From a virus (Duplodnaviria; Caudoviricetes), in IMG/VR virus record IMGVR_UViG_3300025065_000003, positions 1 through 55,722 of that record: a DNA stretch of 55,722 nt; one strand, given 5' to 3'. The position numbers and the translations under genes were made by a program. Positions 1-9,000 of the stretch are shown piece by piece; within the stretch, counting starts at the first letter, position 1; every line of letters starts with the position of its first letter. The notes under the pieces were generated by a model, which had not been told where the DNA came from, made no database searches, and was given only the letters and a program-made list of their open reading frames with translations.

Positions 1-24
1 CGCCCTTTTTTGACGCCTAGAAAC

Positions 25-58
25 AAAAAAAGGAACCAGCCAAGTAGCTGATTCCCTT
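25..58 (-). terminator. Intrinsic terminator downstream of the tRNA-Ser 3' end
   Basis: Minus strand reads GGAATCAGC-tacttg-GCTGGTTCC followed by a T run. Confidence 0.75.
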
Positions 59-65
59 AATGTTT

Positions 66-127
66 TGGCGGAGGGACAGGGATTCGAACCCTGGATAGGC
101 TATTAACCTATGCCGGTTTTCAAGACC
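66..127 (-). pseudogene. 3' fragment of tRNA-Ser(UGA), from anticodon arm to CCA
   Basis: Minus strand: GGT-CTTGAAA-ACCGG, long variable arm, GGTTCGAATCC T-loop, CCA end. Sequence beyond 127 does not continue the tRNA 5' half. Confidence 0.9.
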
Positions 128-309
128 AGAGAGCTAGCCTATATTTTCCCCTATATAACAGCAGCTTAGAATACAGCAGTATAACGATACTCGGTTATAC
201 TCGTGTGTTTTAGCTCTGTTCCCGCCTCAATACCCTGCCTTCCCGTTCCCCTATATTAACGGCTATAACCTCCCTACTGCTATCCTGAAAAAAATATCAG
301 GAGCTGCCC

Positions 310-486
310 ATGGAAACCCCCGCCGAATACTTTGATCGAAAGCTCACCGATGAAGAACTGGTCACCAAACTGCGCAAGCTGCCCGCTAAACGCGCATGCC
401 GTGAGGCGGCTGATAGGATCGAGGAGCTAACGGGGCATCGCTACCCGAAGCCATCCAGTGACCAAGCACCAAAAAGCCGCCCGTAG
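310..486 (+). CDS. Small hypothetical phage protein, 58 aa (not in the ORF track)
   Basis: CAGGAG RBS, ATG at 310, METPAEYFDRKLTDEELVTKLRKLPAKRACREAADRIEEL..., TAG at 484-486. Confidence 0.6.
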   Translation: METPAEYFDRKLTDEELVTKLRKLPAKRACREAADRIEELTGHRYPKPSSDQAPKSRP

Positions 487-493
487 GCGGCTT
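471..493 (-). terminator. Intrinsic terminator after the antirepressor gene, possibly bidirectional
   Basis: AAAAAGCCGCC-cgta-GGCGGCTT. Confidence 0.75.
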
Positions 494-520
494 GAGTGAT
501 CTTCTTAATATAGCTGGCGT

Positions 521-1483
521 TCAGCGTGCAAAGCTAACCGCCTGAATGTTGACGCCTTGCGCCATTGATATGACATGCTCAAGTTTTGCCACTGCGCTTT
601 CTAAGTGGTGTCGCAAACTGGCGATCTCTAGGCGGCAAGCGTCCAAGTTATGCCCTTCTGCTTCTAGCTCTTTCACCAAACGCATACAGGGTGAGCGGTA
701 TTCCGAATCCAGCAAGAATTTAGCGGTCACCAAGAGTCGCCCTGAATTTTGCTGGCGAGACTTCATGTAGTAATTCATGTTCAGCCATTCGTCGATATCC
801 AGCACCTTAACCGGCTTGGCTTGCGGCAGCGTTTCAGCTTCCAGAAAATCGCCATTGAACGTGTAAGATTCCACCGCACCAAGCGCCTCGGTGTAGAGTT
901 CGTCCGGTATCTGATCGTACTTGGCCACGCCGAAGCGGTCTTTCAGGTAGGAATAGATGCGCTTGTAGGCTTTAGGGCGTGCCGCTTCTGGCATATTGAA
1001 GCAGCGGCGACCAACGGCTTTTTGGATGCCGCGCTGATGTGCTGGGGTAAGAGGGTTTGGCAGGGCCTCATAAGCGGGCTTTGTTTCGACTTGCTGCAGC
1101 TTACCCATGCGGTAGTCGAGGAACACCTGATTCACTTGAAGCTGAAACTTGGGGCTGATCCATCCGGCGTAGCTAATGGCTAGTAGTTCGTGGGCGAAGG
1201 TGCCAGGCGTGGCCCCGCCATGGTATGCATGAATTGGGGCAAGACAAGAATTCTTGTCTTGGTCTACACCCTCAAAGTGTAAATCGGCACTTTGGGATTT
1301 TACCTCGCTGATTAGCTCTTGCGCTTGCTTGGTAGCTATCCAGTAAGAAGGCCGCTTCTGCCTTCCTGTCTTGCTTGCACGGTGGATAGCGTTTAGGTTG
1401 AAGCGCCCATGCTCGTCGGTTGTGATCTCATGGCCTGCGATGACGGGTAGATGCGAGCTTTGGTCGGTGATGCTATCATTCAT
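521..1483 (-). CDS. ant: Antirepressor-like protein (KilA-N domain plus ORF6C/P22-AR-like domain)
   Basis: N-terminal GRFNLNAIHRAS...HELLAISYAGWISPKF is KilA-N-like; LKDRFGVAKYDQIP is ORF6C-like. Start at 1483 or 1513, both with an AAAGGT RBS; the ORF track start at 1612 overlaps arc. Confidence 0.85.
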   Translation of the reverse strand: MNDSITDQSSHLPVIAGHEITTDEHGRFNLNAIHRASKTGRQKRPSYWIATKQAQELISEVKSQSADLHFEGVDQDKNSCLAPIHAYHGGATPGTFAHELLAISYAGWISPKFQLQVNQVFLDYRMGKLQQVETKPAYEALPNPLTPAHQRGIQKAVGRRCFNMPEAARPKAYKRIYSYLKDRFGVAKYDQIPDELYTEALGAVESYTFNGDFLEAETLPQAKPVKVLDIDEWLNMNYYMKSRQQNSGRLLVTAKFLLDSEYRSPCMRLVKELEAEGHNLDACRLEIASLRHHLESAVAKLEHVISMAQGVNIQAVSFAR

Positions 1484-1485
1484 TT

Positions 1486-1588
1486 GAGCGTTACCTTTTC
1501 TGGTTGCGTTCATGTTGTCACCTTTCGTAGATGGCTGGTGGTAATCCGAAGCCCTGGCGTCCCTCAACGCTGGGGCTTCTTCGTTTTT
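1486..1588 (+). ncRNA. Putative sar-like antisense RNA to the ant leader
   Basis: Extended -10 TGcTATCAT at 1471-1479; 13-bp hairpin at 1548-1579 that pairs fully (two G-U) only on the + strand, followed by a T-rich tail. Confidence 0.5.
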
Positions 1589-1745
1589 AGGCTGCTGAGT
1601 GTTTGGATTCATGGCGCATTGCCTTCTCTAAGTAATGATTGATAATCCAGGTCTGACTTCTATCCTCCTTTCTCGCCTTCTCTTCAATCCAAGCTTTTAC
1701 GTCCGCGTTGAATCGTGCTTTGAACTGCTGCCCGTTTCGTTTCAT
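1587..1745 (-). CDS. arc: Arc-like ribbon-helix-helix repressor, 52 aa (not in the ORF track)
   Basis: MKRNGQQFKARFNADVKAWIEEKARKEDRSQTWIINHYLEKAMRHESKHSAA; AAGGAG RBS; lies upstream of ant as in P22 immI. Confidence 0.8.
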   Translation of the reverse strand: MKRNGQQFKARFNADVKAWIEEKARKEDRSQTWIINHYLEKAMRHESKHSAA

Positions 1746-1765
1746 TAGTGATTCTCCTTTTTGCT

Positions 1766-1799
1766 AAGGTACCTTGTAGGTACCGTTAAAAGGTACCTG
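1766..1799. promoter_or_regulatory. Putative Arc/Mnt operator array
   Basis: AGGTACC at 1767, 1778 and 1791, between the divergent RHH genes. Confidence 0.65.
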
Positions 1800-1844
1800 T
1801 TAGGTTTATTGCCGTCAACACCTATCTGGTTCATTATTTACACT

Positions 1845-2120
1845 ATGCAAACAGACCCTCAGTACAAATTGCGCTTGCCCGCTGATTTGAAAGAAAAAAT
1901 CAAGCAAGCCTCAGAAGAAAATCACCGCTCCATGAATGCGGAGATAGTGGCTCGCTTGCAAGAAAGCTTCGACGAAGAAAACACCTACACATCTTCTGTT
2001 GAAAGTCCTGATCTGACCGAAGAAGTACGCCGGGAGCTGCTGGCCTCGATGATCGCCGAGATGGTTGAGGAGAGGCTTTTGAAGCAGATGGAGGAAAGGG
2101 AAAAGAGGAAGGCGCAATAG
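1845..2120 (+). CDS. Arc/Mnt-family DNA-binding protein (mnt position)
   Basis: MQTDPQYKLRLPADLKEKIKQASEENHRSMNAEIVARLQESF is a classic Arc motif; divergent from arc-ant. Confidence 0.9.
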   Translation: MQTDPQYKLRLPADLKEKIKQASEENHRSMNAEIVARLQESFDEENTYTSSVESPDLTEEVRRELLASMIAEMVEERLLKQMEEREKRKAQ

Positions 2121-2143
2121 CAGGCCCTCGCTGCCAATCACGA

Positions 2144-2164
2144 AGCCACCTACGGGTGGTTTTT
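2144..2164 (+). terminator. Intrinsic terminator
   Basis: GCCACC-tacg-GGTGGT followed by TTTT. Confidence 0.8.
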
Positions 2165-2242
2165 ATTGGGCGTCCGTCTGGGTGGCGCTCGCTACGCTAG
2201 AGCGGTAGTATTTCTACATAAAATTAACATTAAGGGGCCATT

Positions 2243-2530
2243 GTGCTTAGAGTCCAGCGCTTTTTACGCGCCATAGTCGGCGTGCTTTCAGGTATCGCTA
2301 TCTATTCAGCTTGCCCGCCTGACTGGCACCCGGCTTTAGTAGCATTAGCAACTGGGTTAGGAGCCGCTTTTTGCATGCAATCATTGCTCGGCCTACCACT
2401 TGCAGCTTGGGCGGCTCATGTTGGACTAGGTATTCCATGGTACTTGGCATCCTTGATTTATATATCCCCAGCTATCCTTTTTTGGATTGCTGCATGGCTG
2501 CCTGAAAAGAAAGAAGGACAATACAAATGA
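2243..2530 (+). CDS. Small multi-pass membrane protein (moron)
   Basis: 95 aa, almost entirely hydrophobic; oriented opposite to the late genes. Confidence 0.65.
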   Translation: MLRVQRFLRAIVGVLSGIAIYSACPPDWHPALVALATGLGAAFCMQSLLGLPLAAWAAHVGLGIPWYLASLIYISPAILFWIAAWLPEKKEGQYK

Positions 2531-2733
2531 AGTGGCTGATTGGATTCGGGGGTTTAGTGGTTGGCGTTTTTCTGGGAATCTATATCGCAGCATGGCATAG
2601 CCCATCGAGCAGCAACGAGTGTGTAATGGAAAAGCTCGATGATATGCAAAACTCAGAGGCTGTAACGGCTCTATTCCAGCTATGCCGCTGGAGGCATGGC
2701 GACTTTGACCGGGGTGAAGATGCAAGGTACTAA
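2527..2733 (+). CDS. Small membrane-anchored protein with two Cys (moron)
   Basis: N-terminal hydrophobic helix; ATGA overlap with the upstream gene. Confidence 0.65.
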   Translation: MKWLIGFGGLVVGVFLGIYIAAWHSPSSSNECVMEKLDDMQNSEAVTALFQLCRWRHGDFDRGEDARY

Positions 2734-2818
2734 ACAATTCTCGCAATTGCCTACCATAATATTTAATTATCCGACGCAATAGGAAAGCTTGCACACAGGC
2801 TCTAATCAGAGAAAAGTC

Positions 2819-3067
2819 ATGCTTAATACAGTGAAATTTATCTTATTAGCCCAATCCTATATTGGCGCTTTTTTCGCAATGTCATGGTGGCATGATGATT
2901 TACAGTTCGCGCCTTGGTGGCTTAAAACGCCCGTGTTTATTGTGGTATGCGTCTTCCTGGTAGCGCCGGTGGTTTGGATGATATTAGAAAATGAAGAATA
3001 TAAGGCAAACAGCCGCCGGTTAGAGCGGCTGCAATACCTCGAAAAGAAGCACTACTTCTCAGACTGA
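2819..3067 (+). CDS. Two-TM membrane protein (moron)
   Basis: Two hydrophobic segments and a charged tail; converges on the giant gene. Confidence 0.6.
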   Translation: MLNTVKFILLAQSYIGAFFAMSWWHDDLQFAPWWLKTPVFIVVCVFLVAPVVWMILENEEYKANSRRLERLQYLEKKHYFSD

Positions 3068-6000
3068 ACCGTTCCCTCTGCCTGGTTATAAAGCAGGTTA
3101 AAAAAGTCCACCTCGCTATCCATCGCGTCTTCAATCTCGTCGAGCTGTTCGTCGCGCTCGGCGGAAGTTAAGCGCTCATCGGCTTCGATGGCATCGCGCA
3201 CTTTGCGTAGTTCTCTCAGCGTTTTTTCAAGATCTTTCGCCATATCAAACAGCGCTATCTTGCCGCCATGTTCGTCATAGAAACTGCGCGCTTCCTCTCT
3301 GGGTAGATTGATAAACTCCTCATGCAGTTGCCCAACTTCCGTGCGGCGCTCGTAGAACGTTTGAATATCGCCGTACTCATTGACCTCAGACTTGAAGCGG
3401 CCCACAAACGGAATGCGGTGGGCATCGATGGTCTCGCCAGTCGCTGTGCGCTTAATGCTGTCCGCCACCTTTTCAGTAAATGACCAAGCACCACCGCCGT
3501 AATAGTTGACCACATGCTGCAGTACGTCAGGGCTAACATCGATACCGCCTGACCGGTATTCGCTGCCGCCTGTCAGCTCATTAATAAACTGGGCAAAGCT
3601 TTGGTAAGCCGATGGCGTAGAGCGGAAGGCAAGTGAGCTATCTGGCTTGGGCGTGCCGGAGGGGAAATTGTCTTTAAAGATCACGCGGCCTGCAAAGTCT
3701 TCGTTAACGGCTACCTGGGTCACCGAGCCTAACAGTGTAGGCGTGAGGTTTTTCATCACCAAGTTGGATGTATCCTCTGAATCTTGGAAGCCGATGGGTG
3801 AGAAGCTACCAAGAATAGCCAGCGTCATATCTTTACCCGCCTCTGTCAGCGATGATTTGCCCGACATAACGGATTCAGCGTGCGTGCCGATGTTTGAGAA
3901 TACGTTGTATCCATAAGGCAAAGGAATGCGCACATAGTCCTTGCCGCCTGTCATGATGATCAGATTGCGCTCTTTAACGTGGCCGGGAATCTTGTCATAA
4001 AACAGCTCACCATCATCATCCTCATCTGACATCATGCGGTTGAACATGGCCATAGCGTAACTGCCTACAGCCATGCCTACCGCTAACTTTTGCGCGGCGT
4101 TCATGCGGCCCCAGATGTTCATGCGGTTGCCACCGACTGGCGTGTCTTTCACTGTAGCCATGGTGCGAGCAACGTTCATGGTGCCCTGGATAGATGCGTT
4201 GGCAAACATGTAAGCTGCATTAAGTGCAGTTCCCGCTTCCCCTCTGCGGTTAAAGTTGACCGTCAGGTTTTTAGCCAAGCTTGCGGCCTTCTTGCGGCTA
4301 ATGCCTGCCCTGCGCGCATTCACATAAGCTGATAGGCGCACCGCGTTTTCAACGGAGCCGTTCATGTTCTCAACGAAGTCGGCTACGGTCTTCTTCGCCT
4401 TCAGCATATTGCCCATAGTGCCGCCGTTCTCACGGCCAATAATGCTTTTGATCTCTTTGGCTTGACCAGCCAAATCCTTCATATCGAAGTAGCCTGTCTT
4501 GGCCCCATCCTCGATAAACTCATCGAACCAACGATCCCACTCAGTGTTTCGTGATGCGTCAGGGTCAGCAAGCCCTCGATAGGCTGCCTTCATGGCGCGG
4601 GGAATATCTCTCGCCGTCTGCCTGGCAATCTTCTGGCCTTTTATCTTGCCGTCATCCCTGGTCTGCTCTGCCGCCACGTTCAGAAGCGCCGTCTGCACGT
4701 CTCGGGTAAAGTTGGACAGCATGAACTCAGGGTTATAGCTGGTCATCATAGCGGATAGAGCGCGTGTGCCAGCTGCGGCAGTACGTACCAGCAGGTTGTT
4801 CTGCTCTGGCCCTACATTGCGCATTGCGTTCAGCAGGCGCTGGTCGTTGATCTTAATGTAGTATGTCCGGCCCGCCTTCTTGGTTTTGAAGTAACGCTCG
4901 TTCATTTCCATGGCTACCGAGCGCTCTTCTACTTCAATGCGTTTGGTGCCGTCTGGGTTAGTGCGCTCGACCTGAGTACGCTGAGTATCCGGGTCGTTGT
5001 TGGTGAACACCTGCCACAAATCGGGGTTGGGGTTATCCGTGATCAGTGATAGCAAGGCATTGCCAACTTCGTTTTTGCGCTTGCGAATAACAGACTCAGT
5101 GGTATCGACAATCGCTTGCGTAGAAGGTGAAGCCGCTTTTGATAGGCGACCAAGCGCCGTTTTAGTTTCTCGCCCACCGATCTCATAGCCGCGACCAGAA
5201 CGCATCCGGCCACTGCCGTCCTGGCCCACAGGAACATCTTCATCATTTGCCCAACCTTTCAACGGTACGTAGTAGTCATAGCTGGCATCCCAAGCATCTA
5301 GCACCTCATCCGTCTCCAGTCCGCCTTCGCGGATGATCTCGCGGCGATGTGCCAGCATGTCATCCACGATAGCGGCCAAGCGCTCAAGCCGGAGCTTCTT
5401 GCCGCTGCTTTCGGCCTCTTGCATGATGGCGGCCGCTTCGGCATTCGTCATGCCTGAGCCGCCATCTGCGTACTTGGGATCATTAGGATTGCGTTCAGCT
5501 ATTCGGGCATTTCGCTCTGGCGCATGACGAGCATAAAGGTAGGCGTCCAACTCTTCTTGCTGAATGCCGCGCGCAGCCATGCCTTTGGCTAGCTTCTCGA
5601 CGTAGTTGCGGCTTAGCTCATTCAAGTCACGCTCTGTTTTACCGTGGAAAAGCTCCTCCGCTAGGTACACATCATTGTCTTCATTGATGTTGCCACCGGC
5701 TTTCTTGATGGCTTCTTGCGTGACCTTGAGTCGGTTCATTTTGTCTGCCATTTTGCGCAGTGCGGTTTGGCTTAGTGACTCATCAGGTAGCGCAAAGTTA
5801 GTGCTGTCGTTGGCGTAGTCGCCGCCAGGGGGGGATGAAAGGCTAAACAGCAGGTCATTACTATCAACGCCATCAGGATCGAAAGCCGCCTGAGCTGAGC
5901 GGATATCTTCCGTATTAAACAGCACAATCTCTTGCGAGCCATCCCTATCTTTTAGCTGAGTAACAACACCATCAAACCCCATGCTGCGCAACTTTTCCGT

Positions 6001-9000
6001 AAGCGCCCTTGAGTCTTCTGGCGTTGCGTTCATCATGGATTTCTTTTTATCAACTGGCACTCGCAGAAGGGATGACGGCTTAATGAATAGCGGCATGACA
6101 TTTGGTTCAGCCATGCCTGACTTCATGTTGGAATAGCTGCTGGCGAAATCAGGATTATCAATAACGTAGACACCCTGTCCCAACCACCCTGCGTCCTTTT
6201 GGCTCCAGTGGCCAATCTCAAATGCGCTTATGTCTTCAGCTGTTCCGTGGTAGAAATTCTGCGGTACTCCTCTGGATAATCCCGCTTCATTGCTTCCTCG
6301 GTCATTCCGTAGATCGCCTCGAAATCCGTCACCTGGTCCGGTGGGTACTTCTGAGAGAGATCCCGAAACATCGCTTCCAGTTCTTTCCGCTCTTTCTCGG
6401 AAGGTAATTTGCCCGTCATCATTCATCTCCGCTGCGATTGCTTCATCGATAGAGGCAATGTAACCCATGTCTCGGGCGCGTTGCATCCGGCCTTCCTGGC
6501 TCATGTCCAAGCCTTTGGCTTCAGCCCGCTGCCAGGCTGTGCTTTCTGAGCTGCGATTATTCAAGCTGAATAGTGGCGCGTCTGAATCGCTGGCCTGCTG
6601 TTGGCGGCGCAGGTATTCCCGCGACCGCTCAGACAACTGCATAACGTCCGCATCCGTCCAGTTCATGCTGGGGAAGTAGCGACGCAGGAGTTCACGGATT
6701 TTGGCAACAGCGCGACGCAGCACATTGGGCTGCCAGCCTTTTTCTGTGAGGTGGGCAACCATTTCTTCAGCGATGGTTATTTGATGCTCGGGGTTAGATT
6801 GATCAAGGAACGGGTAGCTTTCTAGCACTTCGTTCAGCGCCTCACGTCCACGCGGGTCCAGCGGCAGCGAGTTATAGACTTGCCGCATCACTGGCTCTAG
6901 CTCAGCGCCTAGCACGCCGCGAATGCCCTTATGGCCTACCGCTTCGTGAACGGCAGTTTGTACACCTTCTTCAATGCTGGCGACATTATCAGCAACGACA
7001 TACAGCTCTTCGCCAATAAACATGCCACGCACGTCGCGAGGGTTAACGCCGCGCAGCATCATACCCAGCAGCGCTTCAGGCGGTAGTTCTTTTGTTGATT
7101 GTATGATTCGAGTATTGGAAAGCTCTGGGGTTTCTGCTAAGGCAGCGGTAATGTCGGCAGCGCTAGGGACATCATTAGGCTGACGTGAAGCTGTCTCTGG
7201 CTGCGTACTAAATAGCGCATCTTGCTCTGTCGATGCTTCGGTTTGATCTGTGCCGCTTAGCACTTCTGCAACAGGGCCTTGCCCCCTTCTGCTGGCCTGC
7301 GTCCACTCTCCCTGGCTGATAAGCACAGAACTGCCACGCTCTTCGCTGGTCGCTTGAAGCGTACCGTCTTTATTGATTGAATCGACGGTATAGGAATCGC
7401 CTGCTTTGGCGTAGCCCACATCGGTTGCCAGCTTGATCGTGTCTCCTACCATTGCGCCGCCAAAGGCATCGCTAACCAACTGCTGACGCGGCGTTAACTT
7501 TTTAGGCTTGCGCTGCTTAGATACTGGCGATGTAGCCTGCGTGATAGGCTCAGAGGAAGACGGCGTGCTGAATATGTCGTTCTGCCCGCGTGATTCGGCA
7601 ATATCGTTAGGCCGGTTACTGCCACTTAATACAAAGTCACCTGCCTCACGGTCTGCCTGGGCGCGCAGCGCTTCTTGGATACGCTGATCGGCTTCGGCTT
7701 GCTCAGCTTGTTGAACTTGCTGTTCGCGCTGAGCAAGACTTTCTTCTGTTTGGGTTTCGAGCAAGGGCTCTTGCTGCCGCGCTGCCTGACGCTGCGCTGT
7801 TCGCCTTTCAATGATGCGCTCTCGCGCTTGCGCTCTTTCTTGCGCCGCGCTAGGGAGTGACAGTATCAATTCATGACGGCGCGCCTGCTCTGCATCTGTC
7901 GCAAAATCTAGCACGCTCAATTGATCGTTGGGGTCTGCGTTTTTAAGCGCCTCGGCATAGCGCTGCTCTATCGGCTCCATAACGCGATTGAGCTCACTGC
8001 GTATTTCGTCAGGCGTCCTTTCTTGAGCGATATCAGACGCCTGCCGTTCACTGGCGGGCTGGCTATCACTAAGCGCATCCGGGCGCTCAGCGGATAATGC
8101 CAACTGCTTAGCCTCAGTCAGTGTTTTACCAGTCGTGAAATTATTGCCCTGGTCATAGGCTTTCTTATCAGCGAACACCATAAACATGGGAATACGGCTT
8201 CCACCGCTCCCCATAGAATGATCAGCGATAACAGTGCCGTCGCTGCCTTCCCATACACGACTGCCGTTGGAGCGTCGTCGCCAAGCAATAGATGAAGGCT
8301 GTGAAGTCTGTTGCTCAGTTATGGCGGCATCAGCGTCACCTTGAGCAGCATCCTGCACAGCAAAGCCCCATCCACCCTCTACCTCAACGGGCTGGGCGTT
8401 GGGCGTATCACGGAAGCGCTTGGATAGCTCGACGGCTTTGCGCGTCTGAAACGGCTTGCCGTCGGCCTTGAGGGTTACCGCTGGCTCTGCTTGCGCTCCT
8501 GCTCTAGTGCGTGGGCGTTGTTCTCCTGCACGCGCTGTTCGTGCGTCGTTGACTGCAGGTACTGGTTCACTTCTTCCAGCGTCTTGCCCTGCTTGATTAG
8601 CCTGTCCGCTGCTAGGTGCTGGTGTACGTCCTTCGCTCGCTGCTGTGCTGTTAGGGCCATTCAGTAATGCCTCTTTAAGTTCTCGCGTCACGCTGGCCAG
8701 TGTTTCGCCATCCTTCACACGGCGCGCGGCGTCGTTGATCTGCTGGTTAATTTCTGGCGTGGTTGTTGCTCGCTCAAGTAGCGCAATGGCGTCTGCCGAG
8801 GTTTCCTGTAGGGCGTTATTGCGATCCTTGGCGATGCGGTTGCCTGCCTGCTCAGCCGTTTGGGCGTTATCGTTCAGCGTAGCGAATAAGCGCTTGTCGC
8901 GCACCAGGGTTTGGCGAAGGTTATCCATGACCTTCACGCGCTCACCAATAAGCGACTCTGCCGGATCATCACCAAACAAACCGCCTTGCTCGCCTTGGCT

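Larger units (their letters stand above)
1..127. repeat. Left terminal direct repeat (att core or assembly overlap)
   Basis: Identical to 55596-55722 over 127 bp. Confidence 0.95.

Noticed and set aside
66-127. Intact tRNA-Ser gene
   Set aside because: The 5' acceptor strand and D arm are missing; it is the att fragment
398-407. GCC-GTGA-GGC as another late hairpin
   Set aside because: Only a 3-bp stem, inside a coding region and on the opposite strand; likely chance
1761-1844. N-terminal extension of the Arc/Mnt protein
   Set aside because: It covers the operator/promoter region; Arc-family similarity begins at ATG 1845
5043-5246. Other same-strand alternative ORFs in the giant gene (also 3255-3539, 7626-7811, 10461-10655)
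   Set aside because: No RBS; R/S/L/C-rich shadow translations over well-formed main-frame sequence
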